Made by a program: the position numbers and the translations under genes
Notes under the pieces: generated by a model
Databases searched by the model: none
Told to the model about the DNA's origin: nothing
Seen by the model: the letters and a program-made list of their open reading frames with translations, nothing else
Assembly (NCBI GenBank): GCA_001192655.1
Contig: BBVC01000023.1
Location: forward strand, 1 to 32,000
DNA from: Caedimonas varicaedens
GTDB taxonomy: Bacteria > Pseudomonadota > Alphaproteobacteria > Caedimonadales > Caedimonadaceae
Direction: 5' to 3'
DNA length: 32,000 bases
Shown here: piece after piece, positions 8,214 to 22,085 of the stretch
Position numbering within the stretch: position 1 is the stretch's first letter
Layout of the letters: every line of letters begins with the position of its first letter

Positions 8214-8488
8214 AAATTTTTATATCCCCATTCTCATAAAAAGGCAAATGTCGATCAAATGTTGACTTTTAAACAATAAAGTGAATCTCTCCCGGATTTT
8301 CTCCAACTGCCCTAGCTCTCAAAGAGGAATCCTGTTCAATGCTCACTTTTTGTGCAATCTGATCGGCTGATTTAAATCCGATTCCGCCCTCTTGACTTTT
8401 TTGTCATTCTGCGGAAAAATCTTTATGAGTCGCCTTCGGGGATTCACAGACCAGAGCAGCTTTAAATAAAGTGCTCAATGAATATTAA

Positions 8489-8518
8489 CCTTATTGCTCA
8501 ATGGAGGATTTGGATATG
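8489..8518 (+). promoter_or_regulatory. ROSE-like RNA thermometer hairpin masking the ibpA Shine-Dalgarno
   Basis: CCUUAUUGCU (8489-8498) can pair with AGGAUUUGG (8505-8513), leaving G8496 bulged. The conserved UUGCU lies opposite the SD GGAGGA, and the ATG is at 8516. Confidence 0.35.
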
Positions 8519-8989
8519 ACCACTTATAATTTATCACCCCTTTTTCGTTCTAGCGTCGGCTTTGACCGTCTGATCCCTCTTATGGACGACTTCTTTGAGG
8601 ATAAAGCCTCAACACCCGTCTATCCGCCCTATAACATCGAAAAGAGAGACGATGAGAATTATGCGATCGTTATGGCTGTGGCTGGATTTAAAAAAGAGAG
8701 GATTACCATTACTGTACAGGATAATTGTTTAATCATCTCAGGCAAAAGCACAGAGGCGGAAAACAACAAAACCTATATTCACAGAGGCATTGGGAGTTCT
8801 GAGTTTGAACGGAAGTTTCAACTGGCCGACTTTATGAAGGTGGGGGATGCGTCTTTAGAAGATGGCTTGCTGGTGATTCATCTGTACAAGCAAATCCCCG
8901 AAACGATGAAGCCTCGAACCGTTACAATCAGATCAGGAGAGAGCTTGACATCTTCTGCTGATCCTATGACCATTGAAGCATCGGTATAA
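8516..8989 (+). CDS. ibpA: Small heat-shock protein, Hsp20/IbpA family
   Basis: LSPLFRSSVGFDRL, YPPYNIE, AVAGF and FERKFQLA closely mirror E. coli IbpA. I prefer the second ATG (8516) because the SD GGAGGA lies 7 nt upstream. The ORF track starts at 8501. Confidence 0.85.
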   Translation: MTTYNLSPLFRSSVGFDRLIPLMDDFFEDKASTPVYPPYNIEKRDDENYAIVMAVAGFKKERITITVQDNCLIISGKSTEAENNKTYIHRGIGSSEFERKFQLADFMKVGDASLEDGLLVIHLYKQIPETMKPRTVTIRSGESLTSSADPMTIEASV

Positions 8990-9231
8990 TTTTAGATTTT
9001 TAAAGAGAGAGACGGACTCGTTTTACAAATCGAGTTTGACTCTCTCAAGAACATCTTTAAACAGAGATGACGACCTTTGAACGTCCTTTGGAAACAGCCT
9101 CTGTCCACGTGACCGCTATACAGGAGTCTGCCAAAATTTCCGCCCTCCTCATCTTTGATAACCTTGGACTCTCGGATGAATAACGCTATTGTGACATAAC
9201 CTTCATCATTTTAAAGGCAGATTAAAGCCCT

Positions 9232-11421
9232 ATGTCTTCACCTCAAGAAATGCTCTCCGGACTTGTGGAGAGAGTCACCTATCATAACGGAGATACAGGC
9301 TACTGCGTTTTGAGGATAAAGGTCGATCGTCAAAAAGACCTCGTTACTGTGGTTGGACACGCCAATGCTATTGCTGCGGGGGAATTCATCCAAGTCTCAG
9401 GACAATGGATCAATGACAAGAACTACGGACTCCAATTCAAGGCGTCTTTTTTGAAAGCCTGTGCGCCGACCACAGAAGAAGGCATTACAAAATATCTGGG
9501 TTCCGGCCTGATCAAGGGAATCGGCCCTGTTTATGCCCAAAAATTAGTTAAGGTCTTTGCTTGCAAAGTATTTGATATTATCGAACATACTCCTGAATTG
9601 CTGCAAACGGTTCCAGGCATTGGAGAACAGCGTGCCATGATGCTTACCAAAGGATGGCAGGAACAAAAAGCCATTCGGGAAATTATGGTTTTTCTCTATC
9701 AGCATGGTATCAGTACAGCACGAGCTGTGCGCATTTATAAGATCTATGGAAACGATGCCATCCGTCTTATTTTAGAAAATCCTTATTGTTTGGCCAAAGA
9801 TATCCGTGGGATCGGATTTAAATCCGCTGATGAGATTGCACAGAAAGTAGGAATCGCACCAGATTCGCCTCTGAGAGCCAGAGCAGGTATTGACCATATT
9901 TTGCTGGAAGCAACTCAGGAGGGACATTGCGGACTTCCTGAACAGGATTTGCTCAATCGGGTTTTGGAGACTCTTGAAATCCCTCTGTCGGTCGCTCAAC
10001 AAGCCCTTGAGACGGCGATTGGACATCAGGAAGCCATCCGTGATTGCCTTGAAGATAAGATGTGCATTTTTCTGAGAGGACTTTATCAGGCTGAGATGAA
10101 TATTGCCCGCTTGCTCAAAAATCTTCAGAATGCCCCTCTCCCCTGGAATATTCGAGATATTCACACAGCTGTTCTCTGGTCAGAAACAAAACTGGGTATT
10201 GTTATCGCCCAAAGCCAGAAAGAAGCTCTGCAGAAAGCTCTAGACTCAAAGGTGATTGTGATTACAGGAGGGCCAGGCGTGGGCAAAACGACGCTGGTCA
10301 AAAGTCTTCTCGCCATTTTATCTGATAAAAAATTAAAGATTCTCCTGTGTGCTCCTACAGGAAGAGCCGCCAAGAGGCTTTCAGAAACGACCGGTCTTGA
10401 AGCTAGGACGCTTCACCGCCTGCTGGAAACAGATCCATCCTCTCATGGGTTTAAAAGGAATGCCGAGCATCCTTTGAAATGTGATTTGCTCGTGGTGGAT
10501 GAAGTTTCTATGATTGACGTCTCTCTCATGAATGCCCTTTTAAAAGCTCTTCCCTCTCATGCGGCCTTGGTTCTGGTGGGAGATGCGGATCAACTGCCCT
10601 CTGTAGGTGCAGGCGATGTGTTGACAGCGATCATCGACTCTCAAACCTTACCTGTGGTGAGGCTCACAGAAATATTCAGGCAATCAGCCCAAAGCCATAT
10701 TATCCTGAACGCCCATCGCGTGAATCAGGGGTTGATGCCTTTGGATAGATCCCCAGAATTGAGGACTGACTTTTATTTTATTCCTGCCAGTGACCCTGAG
10801 GATTGCAGCAACAAGATTCTGGAAATGATGCAAAAGAGAATTCCCAAAAGATTTAGCTTCCACCCTGTAAACGATATCCAGGTTTTGTCTCCCATGAATA
10901 GAGGAGGCGTTGGTGCCAGATCGTTGAATGTCACCCTCCAAAAAACCTTGAATCCTTCTCCTGAGGCAACAATAGAGCGTTTCGGTTCTATTTATGGAAC
11001 AGGAGACAAGGTCATGCAAATTGCCAATAATTATGATAAGGATGTTTACAATGGAGACATCGGTTTTATCCGTCATATTGACAGCGATGCTCAGGAAATA
11101 ACCGTTGAGTTTGACGACAGAAACGTCACCTATGATTTCGGAGAACTGGACGAACTTGTTCTGGCTTATGCGACAACAATTCATAAATCACAGGGATCAG
11201 AGTACCCCGTGGTGCTGATTCCTCTCATGATGCAGCATTTTCTCATGCTTAGGAAAAACTTACTCTATACGGGGATAACTCGTGGCAGAAAGCTGGTGGT
11301 CATCGTTGGGGAGAAAAAAGCCTTGGCCATTGCCGTGAAATATCGCAGAAATCAAAAAAGATATACCAAGCTCAAAGATCAGCTGATCAGAGCCTTTCAA
11401 ATAAGCTCATCAGGAATGTGA
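9232..11421 (+). CDS. recD2: RecD2-type ATP-dependent DNA helicase (SF1B)
   Basis: 729 aa with motifs GGPGVGKTT, CAPTGRAAKRL, VVDEVSMID, GDADQLPSVGAG and TIHKSQGSE, plus an N-terminal HhH region. Confidence 0.85.
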   Translation: MSSPQEMLSGLVERVTYHNGDTGYCVLRIKVDRQKDLVTVVGHANAIAAGEFIQVSGQWINDKNYGLQFKASFLKACAPTTEEGITKYLGSGLIKGIGPVYAQKLVKVFACKVFDIIEHTPELLQTVPGIGEQRAMMLTKGWQEQKAIREIMVFLYQHGISTARAVRIYKIYGNDAIRLILENPYCLAKDIRGIGFKSADEIAQKVGIAPDSPLRARAGIDHILLEATQEGHCGLPEQDLLNRVLETLEIPLSVAQQALETAIGHQEAIRDCLEDKMCIFLRGLYQAEMNIARLLKNLQNAPLPWNIRDIHTAVLWSETKLGIVIAQSQKEALQKALDSKVIVITGGPGVGKTTLVKSLLAILSDKKLKILLCAPTGRAAKRLSETTGLEARTLHRLLETDPSSHGFKRNAEHPLKCDLLVVDEVSMIDVSLMNALLKALPSHAALVLVGDADQLPSVGAGDVLTAIIDSQTLPVVRLTEIFRQSAQSHIILNAHRVNQGLMPLDRSPELRTDFYFIPASDPEDCSNKILEMMQKRIPKRFSFHPVNDIQVLSPMNRGGVGARSLNVTLQKTLNPSPEATIERFGSIYGTGDKVMQIANNYDKDVYNGDIGFIRHIDSDAQEITVEFDDRNVTYDFGELDELVLAYATTIHKSQGSEYPVVLIPLMMQHFLMLRKNLLYTGITRGRKLVVIVGEKKALAIAVKYRRNQKRYTKLKDQLIRAFQISSSGM

Positions 11422-11960
11422 ATCGCTTTTGTCAATTTTTCTTTTTTGCTGTTTTTTCTCATAAGCCTGAAGCTGTTGAGTATACTCGGGCCAAAAACTC
11501 ACCTTACGTTTATGCTGGGTCAAAAGACTTTCATGATACTGATCATGAGCCACATGGCCTTTCCAGTCCGTGATTTTGTCCTTTAATAGCTTGCATTTCA
11601 TAAGGTCTTTGGCAGCATAAGCGTAATATTTTGATTGGGCTTTTTGTAAAACAGATTCCAGAAGTTTTCGATACACAAGCGTCCCTGCCAGAGGGTCTGT
11701 TTCTTTGAGGATATCTGCCACAGGGCGAAGCAAGCGGTAGTGTCGACCATCAAGAACATCAAAATGCTGATAAACAAGCGTTGCCAATTCATCGAAATAC
11801 TGTGCCTGCCATAGAAAATAGAGCGCTTTATAAATATCCGACTCCTGAAAAACTCTCTCAAGAGTCTTTTTCTCAAATTCTTCTTTGAGTTCCGGGCGAA
11901 TATTTTTTAAGATCTCTCCATAAAGTTCTGGGATGAGGGTGCGTTCGAACCATGCCATGC
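11410..11960 (-). pseudogene. C-terminal 182 codons of a 467-aa helical protein split by the IS21 tandem
   Basis: It joins in frame to 15975-16833 after the IS pair and one CCATGC copy are removed (...AQDER|MAWFERT...). Confidence 0.75.
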
Positions 11961-12043
11961 TGTCAACATCGGCTGAAATTTGATACAGATTTTTAAAAAT
12001 CCTCGGATGAAAATTGATACACCTGAGATAAAAAAATAAGGGT

Positions 12044-13877
<1,834 letters not shown>

Positions 13878-14051
13878 TATTCCTAAACTCCTTTGAAAAG
13901 GAGTTAATGCGTGGGTGTATCAAAATTCAACCGATGATCTGTATCATTTTTACCTCCGGCGCTAACAAGTGTCAACATCGGCTGAAATTTGATACAGATT
14001 TTTAAAAATCCTCGGATGAAAATTGATACACCTGAGATAAAAAATAAGGGT

Positions 14052-15885
<1,834 letters not shown>

Positions 15886-15974
15886 TATTCCTAAACTCCT
15901 TTGAAAAGGAGTTAATGCGTGGGTGTATCAAAATTCAACCGATGATCTGTATCATTTTACCTCCGGCGCTAACA

Positions 15975-16833
15975 CCATGCGTTCATCTTGGGCTTTATCA
16001 TAAGAGCCACATGTTTCCAAAGCCTGAACTTTAAGAGCTTGTCTTTCGCTCTCCCAAGGATGAGAAGTCGGAACATCCATTTTGTCCAACCACTGAAGGG
16101 CTTCTTCTCCTCGCCAATGCTCAATCAGTCTGCGGGCAATTTCCAGATGATCATGAGCATGAGGCATCCCCTCAAAATTGCAGGCACGCATATAGGCATC
16201 CACATCTTTGCGACAATCAGCAATCGATTGAAGCCCTAAGCGGACAATCCGAGCATTTTGAACTGTAACGTTTTGTTCAAATTTTTCTCGTAATAAAGTC
16301 AGACCTTCTACGCCCAGCTTTTCCTTGCAATTCCCAATCATCTCATCATAAACGCCGTAACCATTATTTATAAAGCGTGTAAAGACCGTGTTCGCTACAT
16401 CTTCCGAAGAGACGTTTGTTTTCTCATAAATATGACCCAAGTCACAGCATGCCTGGACAAAAACATCTCCGATGCTGCCATTGCTGTCATCACATCGTTC
16501 AAAGATTTTATCCTGCAAATCCAGAAAATCCAACAGGCAGGACAGGGCATCCTCAGGAGATTTCTCTGTTAAGTCACCCACAATGCCCCTTCTGAGAGCA
16601 TTCAGCCTTTGAGCAAAATCTCCCGATTCATCATAATCGATGAAGCGGGAAGATCTCTTCAGAGCAGAGATTTCTTTTTGAATCATGGAAACGATCTTTT
16701 TGGGTTTCTCGTCCATGGCTGCAATCATCATATCCAGGGGCTTGCGAATACCTTTTTGACTTTCATAGAGAGAAAACAACATACGCGCCAGCTTTTCAGC
16801 GCCAAACGAAGCTAGCTTTTCTTCTGTGATCAC
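15975..16833 (-). pseudogene. N-terminal 286 codons of the 467-aa helical protein split by the IS21 tandem
   Basis: See 11410-11960. The last 7 residues of ORF 15952..16833 are IS-encoded. Confidence 0.75.
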
Positions 16834-16877
16834 CCTAGTCCTCCATCAATATCTTCATGATAACATCCCAAAGAGAA

Positions 16878-17591
16878 TTAAGGATAGGACTCAATTCTCT
16901 TCTCACTTTTTCCCTCTTTCTCTTCTTTTTGAGATGAATCATTTTCTTGTCCGATCAAAAATCTTATCAGGTAAATACAAAGATAAAAGAGAGGCGTACT
17001 GCACACCATAAAAAATAATTTGAAAGAATAGCTGTTCAGAATGAGAAGCCCAAGGCGGTCTGCAGGCAATACGCCAAACAGGGTGAGAAAGCTGATAACC
17101 ACAGAAGTATCAATCAACAGCGAGACAGAGGTGCTGCCGTTATTTCTTAGCCAGAGCCACTTCCCTCTTGTGAGTCTGCGTATCCATAAATAAAGGGAAA
17201 TATCCACCTTTTGAGAAAGATAACAGGCGATCATGGAGCCTGTAAACGCCACACTATAGTGGCCAAACATCTTGTGGAAAGTCCCATCATCAATTTTAGA
17301 CCATGACGTCGCTGGAAGCATGTCCATACCCGAAATAATAACAGCAACCGCGATATTTATGGCAATGGCAAAACGGACACAGAAGCCGGCTTTTTCTTTC
17401 CCGTAAAACTCTGCAATCAGATCAGTCAGTAAAAAAGTCAGGGGATATAAAATAGCCCCCACAGAGAGTTCAAAAGTATGAAACGGCAAGATCGGCAAGA
17501 CAACAAATTTCTGATAGATCAGGTTCCCCAAAACCAGCAAGACTGAAAATAAAATGCAAAGGCCTGTATAAACTTTTTCTCGGTTCGTCAT
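16878..17591 (-). CDS. yhhQ: Queuosine-precursor transporter, YhhQ/VUT family
   Basis: 237 aa, polytopic, with the family-typical AILYPLTFLLTDLIAEFYG segment. Confidence 0.8.
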   Translation of the reverse strand: MTNREKVYTGLCILFSVLLVLGNLIYQKFVVLPILPFHTFELSVGAILYPLTFLLTDLIAEFYGKEKAGFCVRFAIAINIAVAVIISGMDMLPATSWSKIDDGTFHKMFGHYSVAFTGSMIACYLSQKVDISLYLWIRRLTRGKWLWLRNNGSTSVSLLIDTSVVISFLTLFGVLPADRLGLLILNSYSFKLFFMVCSTPLFYLCIYLIRFLIGQENDSSQKEEKEGKSEKRIESYP

Positions 17592-18268
17592 GGTCTCATT
17601 TTATCCTCGGGAATCATGCGTTTGATTCCTGTAGTATTTTGTTGAAGATGCTTTAAATATACACCTAACCCCATATAAAATGATCAAGGTTATAAAGATC
17701 GGAAAAATTACGAGTGGATCCTCTCGAGTGCATATTCTAAATTGATTACTTTGACAACAATTCTCATGAATAAATTGCATAACTTTCTAAGGCAGAATTA
17801 TTTTATATGGGATAAAGTGACTCCCATTGTCCAGACCATTTTTTTCTAAAAGTTGAGACCGGTTTTGGTCATAATTTTTATTTTTCATTTCTTCGTAGAC
17901 CTGATGAAAGGTTTTATATTAATGACATTTTTTTTATTTGACTCTATCTTCAAAATGATTCAATGATATTAATCATTAAATGTTGTCAGAAGCAAGTGAA
18001 ATAAATTCATGGATTTGAGCGTTTACAAGGCTTTCAGAGGGAAAATGGCGGGAAGCCTAGAAACAACATGGGTCAAGAGGTTCTTAAAAAGTCCCTTAGT
18101 CTGGAAGGCGGAAGCCTCAGATGCAGAACATCTAAGACTTCCTAACCATCACCGATCCTGTATGCCCACACACTTCCTGCAAAATGCAAATGTTCTGCGC
18201 GAGATGATTAAACCTTTATTATCACTCTTTAGTTAAGTGTCTCTGTTAACAAGATAAAATAGTTAGTT

Positions 18269-18720
18269 TCATAAAATAGCGCCGCAAAAGAAAGCTATAA
18301 ATGTACAGTCTAGTTTATCGTATCACATGGCTAAACGCTTGTTCCCTTTAAGATGTGCAAAGAAAAGTTCAATCTTGAGGCGTGTTATTGTATCACAAGT
18401 TTCGGGAAAGACACAGCTAACTTTAGGTGGAATCACAGAAATAGCCCCATGAGACCTTATTTTCCCTTCGTATCCTTTATCTCCAACAACGTAAGTAATG
18501 CTTTTCCAAAGTCAAGTCAAAGCTTATGGAACACGCGCACATCCTGTCTTTGTCCTGGAGTAAACAGAGCTAAGCGCCAAATGAACCTTGGTGGTACTCA
18601 GCTCGTCCTGTAGGAGGTCTGCCAGAACGCTTGTAGTGAGTAAGGAGCATTGACTCTTACATTCAGGTTCGGTAAAAAAACGATGGGATAGAGGTAAAAG
18701 ACGTCAACCCACCTAAGAAA
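18269..18720 (-). pseudogene. Decayed IS5-family (DDE_Tnp_1) transposase remnant
   Basis: The minus-strand translation gives ...LSTTKVHLA...VVGDKGYEGKIRSHGAISVIPPK...RLKIELFFAHLKGNKRLAM*YDKLDCTFIAFF... with in-frame stops and frameshifts. Confidence 0.55.
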
Positions 18721-18780
18721 CTCCTTTTTAACTTCTCAAAAAAGAATATCATAAAAATTACTGTTGTTCACAGTGTCATA

Positions 18781-19684
18781 TAGCTAACAACATATAAAAC
18801 GGTCATATTTTATTATCCTGAAATAATTGCTCGATAGAACACCTTTTTTTGCGTCTAATTGCTTTTGCTTGTGCCCATTTATGCTCGATGGGATTAAAGT
18901 CTGGAGAATAAGGAGGCAGATACAGCACGATATGCCCTGCCTCAGCAATTGCTTTTTGCATCGCTTTTCCCTTATGAAAGGTGGCATTATCCAAAATAAG
19001 GACGCTTTTAGGAGGCAGTTTCGGAAGTAAATCGTCAATGATCCATTGTGTAAACACCTCGGTATTAATCGAGAAGCAGAACAAGCTCACGGTCAATAGC
19101 AGACCTTGGAATAAGGCGCCGATGACATTCGTTCGTCCCTTTGCTCCCCAATCATGAATCCCCTCACATCTCTTTCCTTTTGGAGAATAACCATGAGTGC
19201 GTGGCATATGGTGTGCAAATCCAGATTCATCAAGAGAAATGATAGGATGCCCTGCTTCTTCATAAGCTTTCAGCTCTTGACAAAAAGTAGCACGCTTTTC
19301 TGGATCGGCCTTGGGATGTTTGAGCGTTTTTTTTATAGGTCACATTCAAGCGTTTTAAAGCGTGCCATATCCCCATAGAGCTCACACCAAGACGTTCTGC
19401 TCTCTCGTACTGATAAGCATCAGGATAAAGCTGTATATCTTCTTTAAGGGCATCCATATTAAGCTTAGTGGCTGGTTTATGACGATGTGTCTGAGGCTCA
19501 GGCTTCTTGACCCATCTGACAAGACTGGTCACTCCAACACCAAAGAGATCCGCCGTTTCAGCAAAACTCAAATTTTTCTTCTTTTTTACAGATAAAACAC
19601 GAAGTCTAAAATCTAATGAATAGGTCATGGAATAATCCTCTTAAAAATTATCCATAATATAACCATTTTAAAGGTTTTTAGCTA
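18781..19684 (-). mobile_element. IS630-family element, copy 2 (904 bp)
   Basis: Same inverted repeats. TA duplication at 18779-18780 and 19685-19686. Confidence 0.9.
18803..19628 (-). CDS. IS630-family DDE transposase (orfA + orfB joined at an A8 run)
   Basis: orfA carries the HTH (122 aa). orfB carries LDESGF ... LDNATFH ... NPIEHKW (DD34-35E). See the recoding finding. Confidence 0.75.
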
Positions 19685-19811
19685 TATAATCCAAAGACCA
19701 TAAAATTCTGCATTAATTTTTTTAATACAGCTTCTTGAAAAAATTAATCATTTTGCGACAATGACTAGTTAGTATAAACTTTATAAACAAAAATAATTTG
19801 AGGCATACACA

Positions 19812-20708
19812 ATGGGATTAAAAGGGCTTAAAATATTTTTATGGGTGGTTGTTGTCAATATTTTTCATTACGCATTAGCGACCAATCATTTACAATCTCT
19901 TCATGAGCAAGACAACCTTTCTTTAAGTAATAAAATGGCTATCGCCACCTCAGGGCTTCGTTTAATTCCTTCTGAGATTAAAACAATTCTGGATCGCGGT
20001 GAACTCATTGTTGCACTTACTTCAGTTGATTACTCTCCTTTTCATATGCTTGATAAAGAAGGTAACCTTATTGGTCTTGATATCGAAATTGCCAATGAAA
20101 TTGCTTTTCAATTAGGAGTAAAAGTCAAATTTGATAGAAGTCAACCTACTTTTGATGATGTTGTAGAGTACATAGCCAATGGCTATGCTGATCTAGGTAT
20201 TTCTAAGTTAAGTTATACACCGCAAAGAGCTCTCAAAGTTTTGTACTCTGTGCCTTATATAACCCTGCATAAGGCTTTCCTCATAAACCGGGTACGACTG
20301 GCACAACAACCGGGAACGCCCAGTTTAGAAGAGTTATTTTCAAAAAAAGAAAATCTTGTAGGCGCTTTGGCAACAACTTCTTATGCTCAATTTATTCATA
20401 ATAGTTTTCCTCAGGCCGTCGTAAAACTACATACGAAATGGGACGATATTCAGCGTGAATTATCTTCGGGGAAATACATTGCAGGATTCAGAGATGATTG
20501 TGAACTTACTAAAATGCTTCTGAAACACCCAGAGTTAAACTTTAATTTCCTGACTGTTATTATGAAAGGAGAAGAAGACCCAATTTATATTGTAGCGCCA
20601 TTAGAGAATACTTCTCTCATTACATGGGTCAATAATTTATTGAACAATACAAAAAAATTGCATTTTAAACTTAATGAGAGTCTGAAGAAATACAAAGAAA
20701 ACTTATAA
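19812..20708 (+). CDS. Family-3 periplasmic solute (amino-acid) binding protein
   Basis: Signal-like N-terminus. The LIVALTSVDYSPFHMLDKEGNLIGLDIEIANEIA...ADLGISKLSYTPQRA...SVPY pattern matches SBP_bac_3. Confidence 0.75.
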   Translation: MGLKGLKIFLWVVVVNIFHYALATNHLQSLHEQDNLSLSNKMAIATSGLRLIPSEIKTILDRGELIVALTSVDYSPFHMLDKEGNLIGLDIEIANEIAFQLGVKVKFDRSQPTFDDVVEYIANGYADLGISKLSYTPQRALKVLYSVPYITLHKAFLINRVRLAQQPGTPSLEELFSKKENLVGALATTSYAQFIHNSFPQAVVKLHTKWDDIQRELSSGKYIAGFRDDCELTKMLLKHPELNFNFLTVIMKGEEDPIYIVAPLENTSLITWVNNLLNNTKKLHFKLNESLKKYKENL

Positions 20709-20741
20709 GCGTTTTTTTTTTACAGGGAAAGAGAAAAAAAT

Positions 20742-22007
20742 ATGTCAGCGTTTAATGGTATATCTAAATTAATAAAAAGCCCTTTTTTGATCATTATAAG
20801 TGCAACTCTATCTATATATTTTGGAATCTACTTTCCTGATTTAAGTAAAAAGTTTTCTTACATAGGACATTTTTATATAGATTTTCTACAATTCGGCATT
20901 CTTCCTCTGGTTATCACCTCAATTTCTTTATCTGTCTATCAACTGGTTTTATCTAAAAAACACATTTCTATGAAGAGAGTAATGTGTGGATACTTGATTT
21001 TTCTAATTGGAACCAGTGTGCTCGGCATACTACTTTCTTCTTATTGGTCTTTGGGCAGTGATATTTCTGCTAAACCTGAAATTCAGCATTTAATTGAGCA
21101 AGGTAATTTTTCAAACATCTTAATGGTCAGTAAAAACGAACCTATTATAAAACAAACAAAAGTTTCTCTCGGAAATTTTTTTCTCAACGTTATCCCTTCC
21201 AACGTATTTGAAGCTTTATCCAAAGGCAGTATCATTCAAATTTTAGCAATTTCATTTCTGGTAGGGATCGCAGCAAGCTTTATGAATCTTAATGATAAAA
21301 GCCTTTTTATTTCATTTTTAGAAATTTTTAACCATCTCTTTAAAATTATCGTTAACTGGGCAATTTTACTTCTGCCTTTTGGTATCTTTTTTTTCCTGGC
21401 TGATCGCGTTTCCTCATTAACTGTTTCCACTATTTTATCCATGACTCAATTTGTCGTCATTATATTTATAAGTTTATTATTTTTAATAATAGTCGGACTT
21501 GCCATCATAGGGAAGAAAAGCAAAACTTCCTATATTTCACTGATAAAAACTCTTAAAGAACCGATGCTTATTGCCCTCACTACAGGAAGCGGATTTGCAT
21601 CCATGCCTTCTCTTATGTCAAGTATGATTGATGGGCTTAAATTAAATGAGACTTCTGTCACCTTATTAACGCCCATTACCATAGCAACATGTAGGTTTGG
21701 CAACATCTTTTATTATTCTTTTGTCGCTATCTTTATTGCACAATTATATAATACACCCCTTATAGCAAATGAGTGGCTTGTTATTGTTATTGGAGCAATT
21801 CTTGCAGGGTTGGCAGCAACTTCTACGGGAATTGTTAATTTAGGCCTTCTTGCCATGATTATGGATCCCTTGGGACTTCCTCTTGGAGTTGTCATTATTT
21901 TATTTATCGCCATAGATCCTTTAATAGATCCGTTAAGAAGTTTATGTACCATGGTTTTAGATTGTGCCGTTGTTACCTTCTCCATTAAACCTAATAGTGA
22001 TGGATAA
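20742..22007 (+). CDS. Dicarboxylate/amino-acid:cation symporter (DAACS/SDF) family transporter, divergent
   Basis: 421 aa, polytopic, with NVFEALSKGSIIQIL and TGSGFASMPS segments that resemble SDF-family hairpin motifs. Confidence 0.65.
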   Translation: MSAFNGISKLIKSPFLIIISATLSIYFGIYFPDLSKKFSYIGHFYIDFLQFGILPLVITSISLSVYQLVLSKKHISMKRVMCGYLIFLIGTSVLGILLSSYWSLGSDISAKPEIQHLIEQGNFSNILMVSKNEPIIKQTKVSLGNFFLNVIPSNVFEALSKGSIIQILAISFLVGIAASFMNLNDKSLFISFLEIFNHLFKIIVNWAILLLPFGIFFFLADRVSSLTVSTILSMTQFVVIIFISLLFLIIVGLAIIGKKSKTSYISLIKTLKEPMLIALTTGSGFASMPSLMSSMIDGLKLNETSVTLLTPITIATCRFGNIFYYSFVAIFIAQLYNTPLIANEWLVIVIGAILAGLAATSTGIVNLGLLAMIMDPLGLPLGVVIILFIAIDPLIDPLRSLCTMVLDCAVVTFSIKPNSDG

Positions 22008-22085
22008 ATTTTTATTAAAATTAAAGTTTTGTTAACCAAGCAAATGTTTAATAAGGGAAATTTTTCGTAAAAAGGAAGCTAAAAA

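Noticed and set aside
8391-8430. Heat-shock (sigma32/RpoH) promoter upstream of ibpA, starting from CTTGAC at 8391.
   Set aside because: There is no CCCCAT or CYTATNT -10 element at an acceptable spacing. A sigma70-like TTGACT-17-AAAAAT (8392-8420) is possible but too weak to annotate.
9068-9184. 38-codon ORF (MTTFERPLETASVHVTAIQESAKISALLIFDNLGLSDE) between ibpA and recD2.
   Set aside because: It has no RBS and no recognisable family. It may be a gene remnant or chance, and the evidence is insufficient.
17592-17700. Expected preQ1 riboswitch in the yhhQ leader. A GGAAUC-8nt-GAUUCC hairpin and a 3-codon uORF (AUGAGACCAUGA) that overlaps the start codon are present.
   Set aside because: The sequence does not fit the preQ1-I consensus I recall, which has a loop rich in UUC..AGCUA and an A-rich tail ending CUAA. 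The hairpin and uORF could easily arise by chance. It is worth a CM scan but is not supportable by eye.
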